From Nitrospirales bacterium (lineage in GTDB: Bacteria > Nitrospirota > Nitrospiria > Nitrospirales > UBA8639), in contig JAJDBP010000014.1 in assembly GCA_029261295.1 (NCBI GenBank), positions 8,474-72,473 of the forward strand: a stretch of 64,000 bases of DNA, read 5' to 3'. Positions 38,776-45,829 of this stretch are shown here, one piece after another. Under the pieces are notes generated by a model. It was not told where the DNA came from, searched no databases, and saw nothing but the letters and a program-made list of their open reading frames with translations. Position 1 is the first letter of the stretch, and each line of letters opens with the position of its first letter. Made by a program: the position numbers and the translations under genes.

Positions 38776-39444
38776 ATGAAACATACATTTATTCAACAGG
38801 TCATCATCAGCACTTTGCTGTTTTGGAGTGGATTGTATCCCTCGTTTGCCGCCCCATCACCACAAAATATCTTGATAAATATTGGAGAGGGTGCCATTCC
38901 TGGAAATGCAACCGTACCAGGATATGAAAATCAAATCGTCGCCCAAAACTTCTCTTTTGCTGTCTCTCAACTTGGCGAATGGGAAGAGGGAGAACAAATC
39001 ACCGGGAGAGTGACCATTTTTTCGGACTTCACCTTTAGCAAAGAGCTGGACGGTGGAAGCCCAGCTCTTGCTCATGCATCAGCGTTAAAAACGCAATATA
39101 ATAACGCTGTTCTCACCTTTCTCGATACGACGGGAGAACCAATTATCACCGTCACCTTAGAAAAAGTCATTGTCACTAGTGTGGGAATAAAAATGAAACC
39201 AGGTGCAACGAGACCTCTTGAAGTCGTAACATTATCCCATCGCAAGGATACTTGGGAGAGTGGTCAGTCATCTACTTCCTATGACCTTGAAGCGGCATCC
39301 GCGCTAACCGGTGAAATCAGTTCCGCATTAACCGCTCCTACCGGGAGTTCCGCCTTGCTGGATTCCACCACCGAAACCAGCTCCACCGATTCGAACCCTC
39401 TCAGGCAACCTAACAAACGAACCAAAAGAACGAGGACACGATGA
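38776..39444 (+). CDS. Sec-signal-bearing stand-alone Hcp-like domain protein with an S/T-rich linker and a polybasic C-terminal tail
   Basis: 222 aa with the signal peptide VIISTLLFWSGLYPSFA. The domain is ILINIGEGAIPGNATVPGYENQIVAQNFSFAVSQLGEWEEGEQITGRVTIFSDFTFSKELDGGSPALAHASALKTQYNNAVLTFLD...VTLEKVIVTS...PLEVVTLSHRKDTWES. It is paralogous to the C-domain of 37568..38698 and shares GEWEEGEQITGR. The tail is TSSTDSNPLRQPNKRTKRTRTR. Confidence 0.7.
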   Translation: MKHTFIQQVIISTLLFWSGLYPSFAAPSPQNILINIGEGAIPGNATVPGYENQIVAQNFSFAVSQLGEWEEGEQITGRVTIFSDFTFSKELDGGSPALAHASALKTQYNNAVLTFLDTTGEPIITVTLEKVIVTSVGIKMKPGATRPLEVVTLSHRKDTWESGQSSTSYDLEAASALTGEISSALTAPTGSSALLDSTTETSSTDSNPLRQPNKRTKRTRTR

Positions 39445-39585
39445 GCAACCAAATCGCCAGAACCCCAGAGACTCACGCAAAAGAAGTCAGACTCGAATTT
39501 ATGGACCACGTAGACTTCGATTGCTGCTGGTCAAGTCGGCATTCTTCTGCATGATGACCAAACACTGCCGCTATGATGAGAGAAA

Positions 39586-40815
39586 TCAGGTATTGAAGGG
39601 AAGTTCTTGTAGGCCTAATTCTTTGGCGGCTCGACGAAGGGCATAGAGATGCGGGCCTATCCATGCTAACAAGAACGTCCCTTCGCACGCGGGGACAGTG
39701 TCCATGTTACTGATCACGTCTTCCAACATCTTTCGGGACAATTCGACATAATCCAATTCTGTTGAGCCAGCTCCCAACATGGGGAACAGAATCGTGCGGA
39801 GATCAGGACGTTCTTGGGCCAAATGCTCAAATTGCCCAAAGACATTCCGAATACAATCATCCAGCGAATCCTCGTTAGTATGATACCCATCTCCCACCGA
39901 CCCTTGCATAGCCGCAATATGAAAAACATATTTAATGCCGATAGACGACAATTGGTTTGTCGGTGTGGCAACCACTGTCCCAGTGGCAAAAGGAGGGGTC
40001 ATCCCTAAGGTCTGAATTTCTTGTTGAAGTTGCGCTTGAAGCGTATCGCGAAGAATTCCACCACCAGGCGTTTTTTCGGCATCACGGTAGCGCAGAGTCC
40101 CAGAAAGCCAGGGATCATAGTACCGCGCAAGCTGGAAATTCGTCGATTCTAAACTGACGATCACATCCGCGCCAAAATCCCCGATTTCTTTCACATCACC
40201 CGTCACAAAGGTAATCGTCCGCTTCGGATCAGAGGGCAAGGCATAGCGACTATCCTTACCCACCGGCAAGGGCTCTGGACGGGCATGGGCAATAAAGGTT
40301 TGTAGGATTTTTTCATAGCCCAGTTGCGGCCCATAGCCATAGGTTTGAAATAACCCTTGAGCATCCCAGCCCTCTTCATGGAGATTCTGGAGTTGCTCAA
40401 ACACCGCATCGGAATACACGCCTCGGATCAGATCTTTGACCGGTTGAAATTGGTAGGAGACCGACCGAGTATCTCTCACATCAAAAGGGAGTGATTGAGG
40501 GCTTTCAATCAGAATAATCACCGGGCGAGCTGCGGCTTGCGCGACGGCCAATTCATAAAACACATTCGGGTTATGATCGGTCAGAATCGCAATACAGAGA
40601 TCCGAGTGAAGAATCTCATCAAACATCTGCCGGGTAATCGTCCCGATATGATCAATGTGGTCGGCGCGAATGGCTTCAATCTCGATCGAAAACTCGTCTT
40701 TGAACTTCTTCAACGCCTTCTCAATAATAAATTCAAACACATCATCCGCATGATGACGAATAGTCGACCCTTCTTCGCCAATCGGACTAATCACAAAACA
40801 GCGTTTTTTGATCAT
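39586..40815 (-). CDS. Cytoplasmic two-domain protein: an N-terminal nucleoside 2-deoxyribosyltransferase-like (TIR/SLOG-superfamily-like) domain and a C-terminal Macro-like domain
   Basis: 409 aa starting at ATG, preceded by AAGGAAA, with no signal peptide. The N-domain landmarks are CFVISPIGEEGS, IRADHI, SDLCIAILTDHNPNVFYELAVAQAAARPVIIL. The C-domain landmarks are ITFVTGDVKEIGDFGADVIVS, ATGTVVATPTNQLSSIGIKYVFHIAAM and RTILFPMLGAGSTELDYVELSRKMLE (macro-type G.i..D.iVn / G.a..T / iH / s.afP..GtG). Confidence 0.6.
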   Translation of the reverse strand: MIKKRCFVISPIGEEGSTIRHHADDVFEFIIEKALKKFKDEFSIEIEAIRADHIDHIGTITRQMFDEILHSDLCIAILTDHNPNVFYELAVAQAAARPVIILIESPQSLPFDVRDTRSVSYQFQPVKDLIRGVYSDAVFEQLQNLHEEGWDAQGLFQTYGYGPQLGYEKILQTFIAHARPEPLPVGKDSRYALPSDPKRTITFVTGDVKEIGDFGADVIVSLESTNFQLARYYDPWLSGTLRYRDAEKTPGGGILRDTLQAQLQQEIQTLGMTPPFATGTVVATPTNQLSSIGIKYVFHIAAMQGSVGDGYHTNEDSLDDCIRNVFGQFEHLAQERPDLRTILFPMLGAGSTELDYVELSRKMLEDVISNMDTVPACEGTFLLAWIGPHLYALRRAAKELGLQELPFNT

Positions 40816-40950
40816 AAGGTATTTCCTTACAAAGGAAGAGAAAACATCACCTATAGCATGATTACAAAAATCAATCTACCTCATGAGGACTCAGAAAAGA
40901 GAATGAGACAAGTGGCACAGTCATAAGCAAAGGAACACCAGAGAAAAAGA

Positions 40951-43119
40951 CTATCGTAGCGAACGCTTCCTTTCCCTTTTCTGTCGTTTAGCATGCCCTT
41001 TTTTCTTTCCACGCTGAGTTGGAGGATCTTGAATTTCCGGCTCAGACGTGATGGTAAGCTCTAAACTGTCAGTCAGCGCGGAATCCGGGGATGCAAGATC
41101 TACGGAGGTGCTCACCGCCTCACTCGTGCCGGCCGTTGTCAGCCGACTTCCGGTCGACTCAGCCCCAGGCAGAAACCCACTCAGAAATGCCACAATTGCG
41201 GAGGCCGTGGTCCGCGTCGCACCCACCCCCAGCCCATTGGCCAAGACACTGTCGCTCGTGATGCCAAACAAAAACGCGGTGATAATCTTGCAATCAAACG
41301 TATCTGCCGTGCCATTCCCATCGGCATCCAGCATGCCCAGCGGCTCCACCCCCAGGAGATACGTCATAATCAGTTGCGGGTCGGTGCGCCCGCCGGTAGA
41401 GTCCACCACCCCGGCTGCCACATCCGCTGGATCGGTAATCGCCGGATCCAGATACCGGCAGATCATCGAGCCATCCCACACATTGGTTTCGCTATTAATA
41501 TCAATATCAAAAGTCATCCGTTGGAATGTTTGTTGGGAAACGGGATGAATGGGGTTCAAGGCGAGGTCAAGAACATTGTTTACGGTCAGGGTGTAGCTCA
41601 CTCCTTCAGCAAGAGGAGTTGTGGCAAGAAGGACCGTCACGCCATCAGATTGAAGAGCTGCCTGAAGGATGGATATTCCAGGATCTATAGAGAAGTTACT
41701 GGCGGTCTCAGCACTGCCTCTCTCCAATGGTTCGCTAAAAGTCACGGACACGAGGGTTGGATTACCGGCAGCCATCACATCCAAGATCGTTGGCCCAGAA
41801 ACATCTGATCCTGTGGGAACCAATTTCAGCACTTCCCCTGTTTGCCGCCCGATATACAGCTCTCTGTCTTCATCCTCGCCCCAGGTGATATCGCGTTGGG
41901 GAATAAGCTGCGCACCCGTCGGTTCGATAGCAATCAATTCCAGCTCCCCCGTATTGATATCCATCGCCACCAATTCGGCTGCCACAAAATCAAAGAAAAT
42001 ATATTTACCAAATAATGGTGGCAGCGCTGACCCTCGATACACAAAGCCGCCTATCACAGACCCGAACGCCTTGGTGGTACCATTGTGATCATATTCCGCT
42101 AACGGTGGGGTGAACGCTGGATTAGGTGAAGGATCAACTGTCGCATTCCCACTCACTGGGTCCCAAAGAAAACTCCCCTCCTTCAGATTCCATCCATAGT
42201 TTTTTCCCAACTCTAGGCGCAAAATGGATTCAATCGTGAAATCTCCATTCGTGCCCGTGTACATATCTCCCGTCAGACGATCAGAGGAAATACGCCAAGG
42301 ATTACGAACACCCCAAGCAAATATTTCCGGCACATTTCCGCCTGCTCCATCCGCGAAAGGATTATCAAACGGAATCGTATAACGACCATTGGGTCCAATA
42401 GTATCGACATCGATGCGGAGAATACTTCCATAAGGATTCGTCGTTTGTTGGCCAGTCGTGTGATGAGGAGTCGGCGTGCCAAATGGCGTCGCGCCGCCAT
42501 CGCCAAATGACACATACAAATAACCATCACCGCCAAACGCCAAATCATTCATATTATGTCCGCCGTTAGGCTGGTGCACACGCAGCAATTCTCGTTGAGA
42601 ATCTTGGTCAAACTGGTCAGGATTTGTCGCGTCGACTTGAAATTCAAACAACACGTTATCAAATGCAGAAGACGTATCATCTTGGGGAGGGCTGTAGTCT
42701 GGCGTAGCCCCGTTTGGAACGGCTTCGCCGGAAATCACGTAGAGTTTGCCATTAGTGGCGTAATCTGGATGAAAGGCCATGCCCGACATCGCAAACCCTG
42801 AAGGGGCTGCTGGAATATTCAGGAAGGGTGAGGGACGCAGTGCGCCGTCTTTGAATATACGAATGATCCCGTTTGGCGAGACAAGAAAAAGTCGTCCGCT
42901 CCCATCCCCTGCATTCGTAATATCGAATACCGCACTGGGGTTAACGGACACCACCTGTTCCAATTTGATGGTGTGAGGTCCAAGCGGAATATCGGGCAGT
43001 AGATTGTTTCCATCCCCGACCGCTCTGGCTGACACCGGAGCCAGGCTCACTATCAAGCCAATAACAACCAGCAAGAATTTCAGGGATGAGGTATAGAATG
43101 GCATAGCTATCTTCTTCAA
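40951..43119 (-). CDS. Exported PQQ-dependent sugar dehydrogenase-like beta-propeller with an SbsA-Ig-like domain, a dockerin-like pair and a polybasic tail
   Basis: 722 aa. GSDH landmarks are GDGSGRLFLVSPNGIIRIFKDG, MSGMAFHPDYATNGKLYV, HNMNDLAFGGDGYLYVSFGDGG, YGSILRIDVD, YTIPFDNPF, EIFAWGVRNPWRISSDRLTGDMY and KNYGWN. The Ig-like segment is TLVSVTFSEPLERGSAETASNFSI. The dockerin-like pair is FDIDINSETNVWDGSMICRYL and LDADGNGTADTFDCKIITAFLFGI. The protein ends QRGKKKGHAKRQKRERKRSLR. The start is TTG 43119 or ATG 43104. Confidence 0.85.
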   Translation of the reverse strand: MKKIAMPFYTSSLKFLLVVIGLIVSLAPVSARAVGDGNNLLPDIPLGPHTIKLEQVVSVNPSAVFDITNAGDGSGRLFLVSPNGIIRIFKDGALRPSPFLNIPAAPSGFAMSGMAFHPDYATNGKLYVISGEAVPNGATPDYSPPQDDTSSAFDNVLFEFQVDATNPDQFDQDSQRELLRVHQPNGGHNMNDLAFGGDGYLYVSFGDGGATPFGTPTPHHTTGQQTTNPYGSILRIDVDTIGPNGRYTIPFDNPFADGAGGNVPEIFAWGVRNPWRISSDRLTGDMYTGTNGDFTIESILRLELGKNYGWNLKEGSFLWDPVSGNATVDPSPNPAFTPPLAEYDHNGTTKAFGSVIGGFVYRGSALPPLFGKYIFFDFVAAELVAMDINTGELELIAIEPTGAQLIPQRDITWGEDEDRELYIGRQTGEVLKLVPTGSDVSGPTILDVMAAGNPTLVSVTFSEPLERGSAETASNFSIDPGISILQAALQSDGVTVLLATTPLAEGVSYTLTVNNVLDLALNPIHPVSQQTFQRMTFDIDINSETNVWDGSMICRYLDPAITDPADVAAGVVDSTGGRTDPQLIMTYLLGVEPLGMLDADGNGTADTFDCKIITAFLFGITSDSVLANGLGVGATRTTASAIVAFLSGFLPGAESTGSRLTTAGTSEAVSTSVDLASPDSALTDSLELTITSEPEIQDPPTQRGKKKGHAKRQKRERKRSLR
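41165..41517 (-). repeat. Copy A of a ~350-bp near-duplicated C-terminal dockerin-like module (partner at 43440..43785)
   Basis: The protein segment FDIDINSETNVWDGSMICRYLDPAITDPADVAAGVVDSTGGRTDPQLIMTYL...GMLDADGNGTADTFDCKIITAFLFGITSDSVLANGLGVGATRTTASAIVAFLSGFLPG matches the neighbouring gene. There are long identical DNA runs, for example aatcttgcaatcaaa and gtgccattcccatcggcatccagcatgcc versus gtgccattgccatcggcatcaagcatgcc. Confidence 0.8.
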
Positions 43120-43214
43120 GTTGCTATCCTACCCTAATCATCAAGAGTAAAACGACGGAAACATCATTCAGCGTCACAAATAAACTGAATATTTCTCCGG
43201 TAGGACGCCTTCGT

Positions 43215-44363
43215 TTAACGGCGTCTCGTTTGTGTTCGCTTGCTTCGTTTATGACGACTCTTCTTCTTTGCACTCGACGGCTTCGTGACCTTTACTGGCT
43301 CGATCGTCTGGCTGATTAGAGGCTGCTCCAGCACAATCGAAGCTGTCGTTTCCGACGTAAGGGCGGAAGCCAGCGATTGAACATTCGAGGGAGTTGAGAC
43401 GGTCACTGCTTCCGGCGTACTCACCGCCCCACCCATGCCTGGCAGAAAATCCCTGAGAAAAGCCAGTAACGCATCAGCCGTTGTGCGAGTGGCACCCGAT
43501 CCCAGCCCATTGGCAAATAAACTATCACTCGTGATGCCAAACAAAAATGCCGTAATAATCTTGCAATCAAAATGATCCGATGTGCCATTGCCATCGGCAT
43601 CAAGCATGCCCCGCGCCTCTGCCACCGACAAGTATTCGGTAATTTTTTTGGGGTCCGGACGGCCGCCAGAAGGATCGACGAGCCCTGCTCCTACTTGTTC
43701 CGAATCCGTGATGGCAGGGTCCAGATATCGACAAATCATGGACCCATCCCACACATTCCCCTCGCCATTTAAATCAAGATCCCAGGATAGCACCAAGGGC
43801 CGCCATGCTGTTTCCACGCCATAGCTAATAGACCCGGATTGGTTTCGAAAACTGATCCAGCCCGTGTTCTCACTCCAAGCCCGACCATTAAAATCTCCGG
43901 TGGCGGGATCAATGGTCACCCCATAGTTTTTTGTCGAGCAAGCGTTGGTATTGCTGCAGGAAAAACTAATCCAACCGACGTTTTCACTCCAGGCATAACC
44001 AGCAAGATTTCCTGCCCCATCATTGGTTACGCGATAGTCCCGAGATAGACACGTGCGATTATTCAAACACGACAAACTCACCCAACCCGTGTTCTCGGAC
44101 CAGAGATAGCCGGACACCCCATCATCTTCCACAAACATGCCCGGGCCGCCATCGCCGCCCGGTTCGGCATTCAGCCAACCGGTGTTTTCACTCCAGGCAT
44201 ATTGCGCCCCACTATCATCCGGATCAATATTGTCACTGGCCAGCGCCAGAGAACCTGACAGGCCCAGTACCAAAACTGCACTAAGCACCACCTGAATCCC
44301 ACATTGTTTTGAATGAGTCATGATGCCCTCCGTCTTATCAAACGATTTTTGTTCACTCCACAT
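43215..44363 (-). CDS. Exported protein with 4x W-S-E-N-x-G-W repeats, a dockerin-like pair and a polybasic tail
   Basis: 382-aa ORF. The probable start is ATG 44321, preceded by ACGGAGGG. The signal peptide is VVLSAVLVLGLSGSLALA. The repeats are YAWSENTGWLNA, YLWSENTGWVSLSC, YAWSENVGWISFSC and RAWSENTGWISF. The dockerin-like pair is WDLDLNGEGNVWDGSMICRYL and LDADGNGTSDHFDCKIITAFLFGI. The protein ends SSAKKKSRHKRSKRTQTRRR. Confidence 0.8.
   Translation of the reverse strand: MWSEQKSFDKTEGIMTHSKQCGIQVVLSAVLVLGLSGSLALASDNIDPDDSGAQYAWSENTGWLNAEPGGDGGPGMFVEDDGVSGYLWSENTGWVSLSCLNNRTCLSRDYRVTNDGAGNLAGYAWSENVGWISFSCSNTNACSTKNYGVTIDPATGDFNGRAWSENTGWISFRNQSGSISYGVETAWRPLVLSWDLDLNGEGNVWDGSMICRYLDPAITDSEQVGAGLVDPSGGRPDPKKITEYLSVAEARGMLDADGNGTSDHFDCKIITAFLFGITSDSLFANGLGSGATRTTADALLAFLRDFLPGMGGAVSTPEAVTVSTPSNVQSLASALTSETTASIVLEQPLISQTIEPVKVTKPSSAKKKSRHKRSKRTQTRRR
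43440..43785 (-). repeat. Copy B of the near-duplicated C-terminal dockerin-like module (partner at 41165..41517)
   Basis: See copy A. By eye the two copies are about 75-85% identical at the protein level over ~115 aa, whereas the N-terminal parts of the two genes are unrelated. Confidence 0.8.
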
Positions 44364-44398
44364 GGCTTCGTCATAAAAGTTTACATCTTACGGCTTAC

Positions 44399-44989
44399 TC
44401 AATATTCCGTCATTGGCCCTCCACCACGGACACACCAGGTTAATGCCTCGGAGCTAACCTGGAATATCGCAACACCAGGGTTGAATATCACGAGCCGATG
44501 AAGCCCCGAAGCCCTGTGAGAGGTCGCTGACCAATAGCTGCTCAGTTGAATATTGATAAATGGATGTTCAGGGGGCAACAGCGGTCCAGGCACTCCGGCG
44601 GAGGGATCTACCAGACTCAGAGCTTCATGTATGCTCGGCAACCGCCAACCTTTCCGCCCCCCTATCGACACATTGAGGCAGTGAGTCAGAGCACTTTCTA
44701 CAGTTCTTTCAGTGGAATCCGGCCTCCGTTGCCACACCAAGCCAGTCTCTATGTCCAAGACTCCGAGATTTCCCATCACTAACTTGAAGCGCTCATCGGC
44801 CGGCAACTTTTGATCCCACGACGGCTGTGTTTGCGTCGTGGCCGTTGGCTCGCCACTGCCATTCACCGCCGAGCCCGGAGGCTCCAAATCGCCGCTTTGC
44901 GCCTGCGCCGTGCTGATCCCGACTCCAAGCCCTATCATGACACTCAACAACATCTGCAGTCCGATATGTTTTGGTGTTAGCTTCATCAT
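44399..44989 (-). CDS. Secreted DUF1566 (Lcl C-terminal-type, lectin-like fold) protein, paralog 1 of 7
   Basis: 196 aa starting at ATGATG, preceded by AAGGAG, with a signal peptide. The conserved leader is GDLEPPGSAVNGSGEPTATTQTQPSWDQKLPADERF. DUF1566 landmarks are TGLVWQRRP, GGRKGWRLPSIHEALSL, HPFINIQ, YWSAT and WCVRGGGP. Confidence 0.85.
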   Translation of the reverse strand: MMKLTPKHIGLQMLLSVMIGLGVGISTAQAQSGDLEPPGSAVNGSGEPTATTQTQPSWDQKLPADERFKLVMGNLGVLDIETGLVWQRRPDSTERTVESALTHCLNVSIGGRKGWRLPSIHEALSLVDPSAGVPGPLLPPEHPFINIQLSSYWSATSHRASGLHRLVIFNPGVAIFQVSSEALTWCVRGGGPMTEY

Positions 44990-45079
44990 GTCTCCTTTCT
45001 TTTTTTATGACGAGAAGGATTTTCTCCACACTCACGTCCCTCACGCCTCACGTTTGCCCCACCACTCCTTACGGCTTGT

Positions 45080-45760
45080 TCAATATTCTGACAACCCCCC
45101 GCCACCGCGCACACACCAGACCCTACGACTTCGATTTTTGGTGACAGTTTCGATTCTCACAAAACCAGCAGCCGCAGTCCAAGCTTTCTCAGGTTCGTCA
45201 GCAACAGTTGTCGATGACCAATGTTCAATTTCGGCTGGAATGGTAAACGGATGATCACCCGGAATTTGGCCATTAGGAAGGATGAGGCTCTGCAGTTCAA
45301 TGAGTGATGGTAATCGCCAGCCCAGACGGCCACCTGTTCCCCGCAGCGCACAATGTCGGCGAGCATCAACTGGTGCAACTGCACGCGATTCCCAAACATG
45401 CAAAACGGAATCTGGTGTACGTTCCCATACGCGCCCGGTTTCTTTATCCAACACCGCAGCCCCGTTGGGGTGTGCGCCAAATTGACCAGTGGGCCAAATG
45501 CATTTAAACCGAGTGGAATTACACCCATCCACTCCTCCATTATCCGCCCGCAACCACTGATCCCACGAAGGCTGCGTGGGCGTGCTGGCCGTGGGATTGC
45601 CCGATCCGTTGACTGCTGAAGTTGGCGGTTCCAAATTGCCTGCCCCGGTCGCCGCGGGCGGCGGTAACGCCACTTGCGCCTGCGCCACGCTGACGCCAAA
45701 TCCTAGCCCCAGCACAACAGAAAAAATTACTTCCAAACTCACTCGTTGTAAAATAATCAT
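45080..45760 (-). CDS. Secreted DUF1566 protein, paralog 2 of 7
   Basis: 226 aa starting at ATG, preceded by AGAGGGA. Landmarks are GNLEPPTSAVNGSGNPTASTPTQPSWDQ, a Cys-containing insert GGVDGCNSTRFKCIWP, TGRVWERTP, GGRLGWRLPSLIELQSL, WSSTT and VWCVRGGGG. Confidence 0.85.
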   Translation of the reverse strand: MIILQRVSLEVIFSVVLGLGFGVSVAQAQVALPPPAATGAGNLEPPTSAVNGSGNPTASTPTQPSWDQWLRADNGGVDGCNSTRFKCIWPTGQFGAHPNGAAVLDKETGRVWERTPDSVLHVWESRAVAPVDARRHCALRGTGGRLGWRLPSLIELQSLILPNGQIPGDHPFTIPAEIEHWSSTTVADEPEKAWTAAAGFVRIETVTKNRSRRVWCVRGGGGLSEY

Positions 45761-45829
45761 GATTCCCTCTGATTAGGTAAAAAATTTATTGTTCCTGCCA
45801 CACGCGACCTGCTTCCCAATATTTGGACT

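Noticed and set aside
37568-39444. A type VI secretion locus, suggested by the Hcp-like domains.
   Set aside because: No TssB/TssC sheath, VgrG, TssM/TssL, ClpV or baseplate genes occur in the window, and both Hcp-like proteins have Sec signal peptides. I treat them as exapted Hcp-fold modules rather than evidence of a T6SS.
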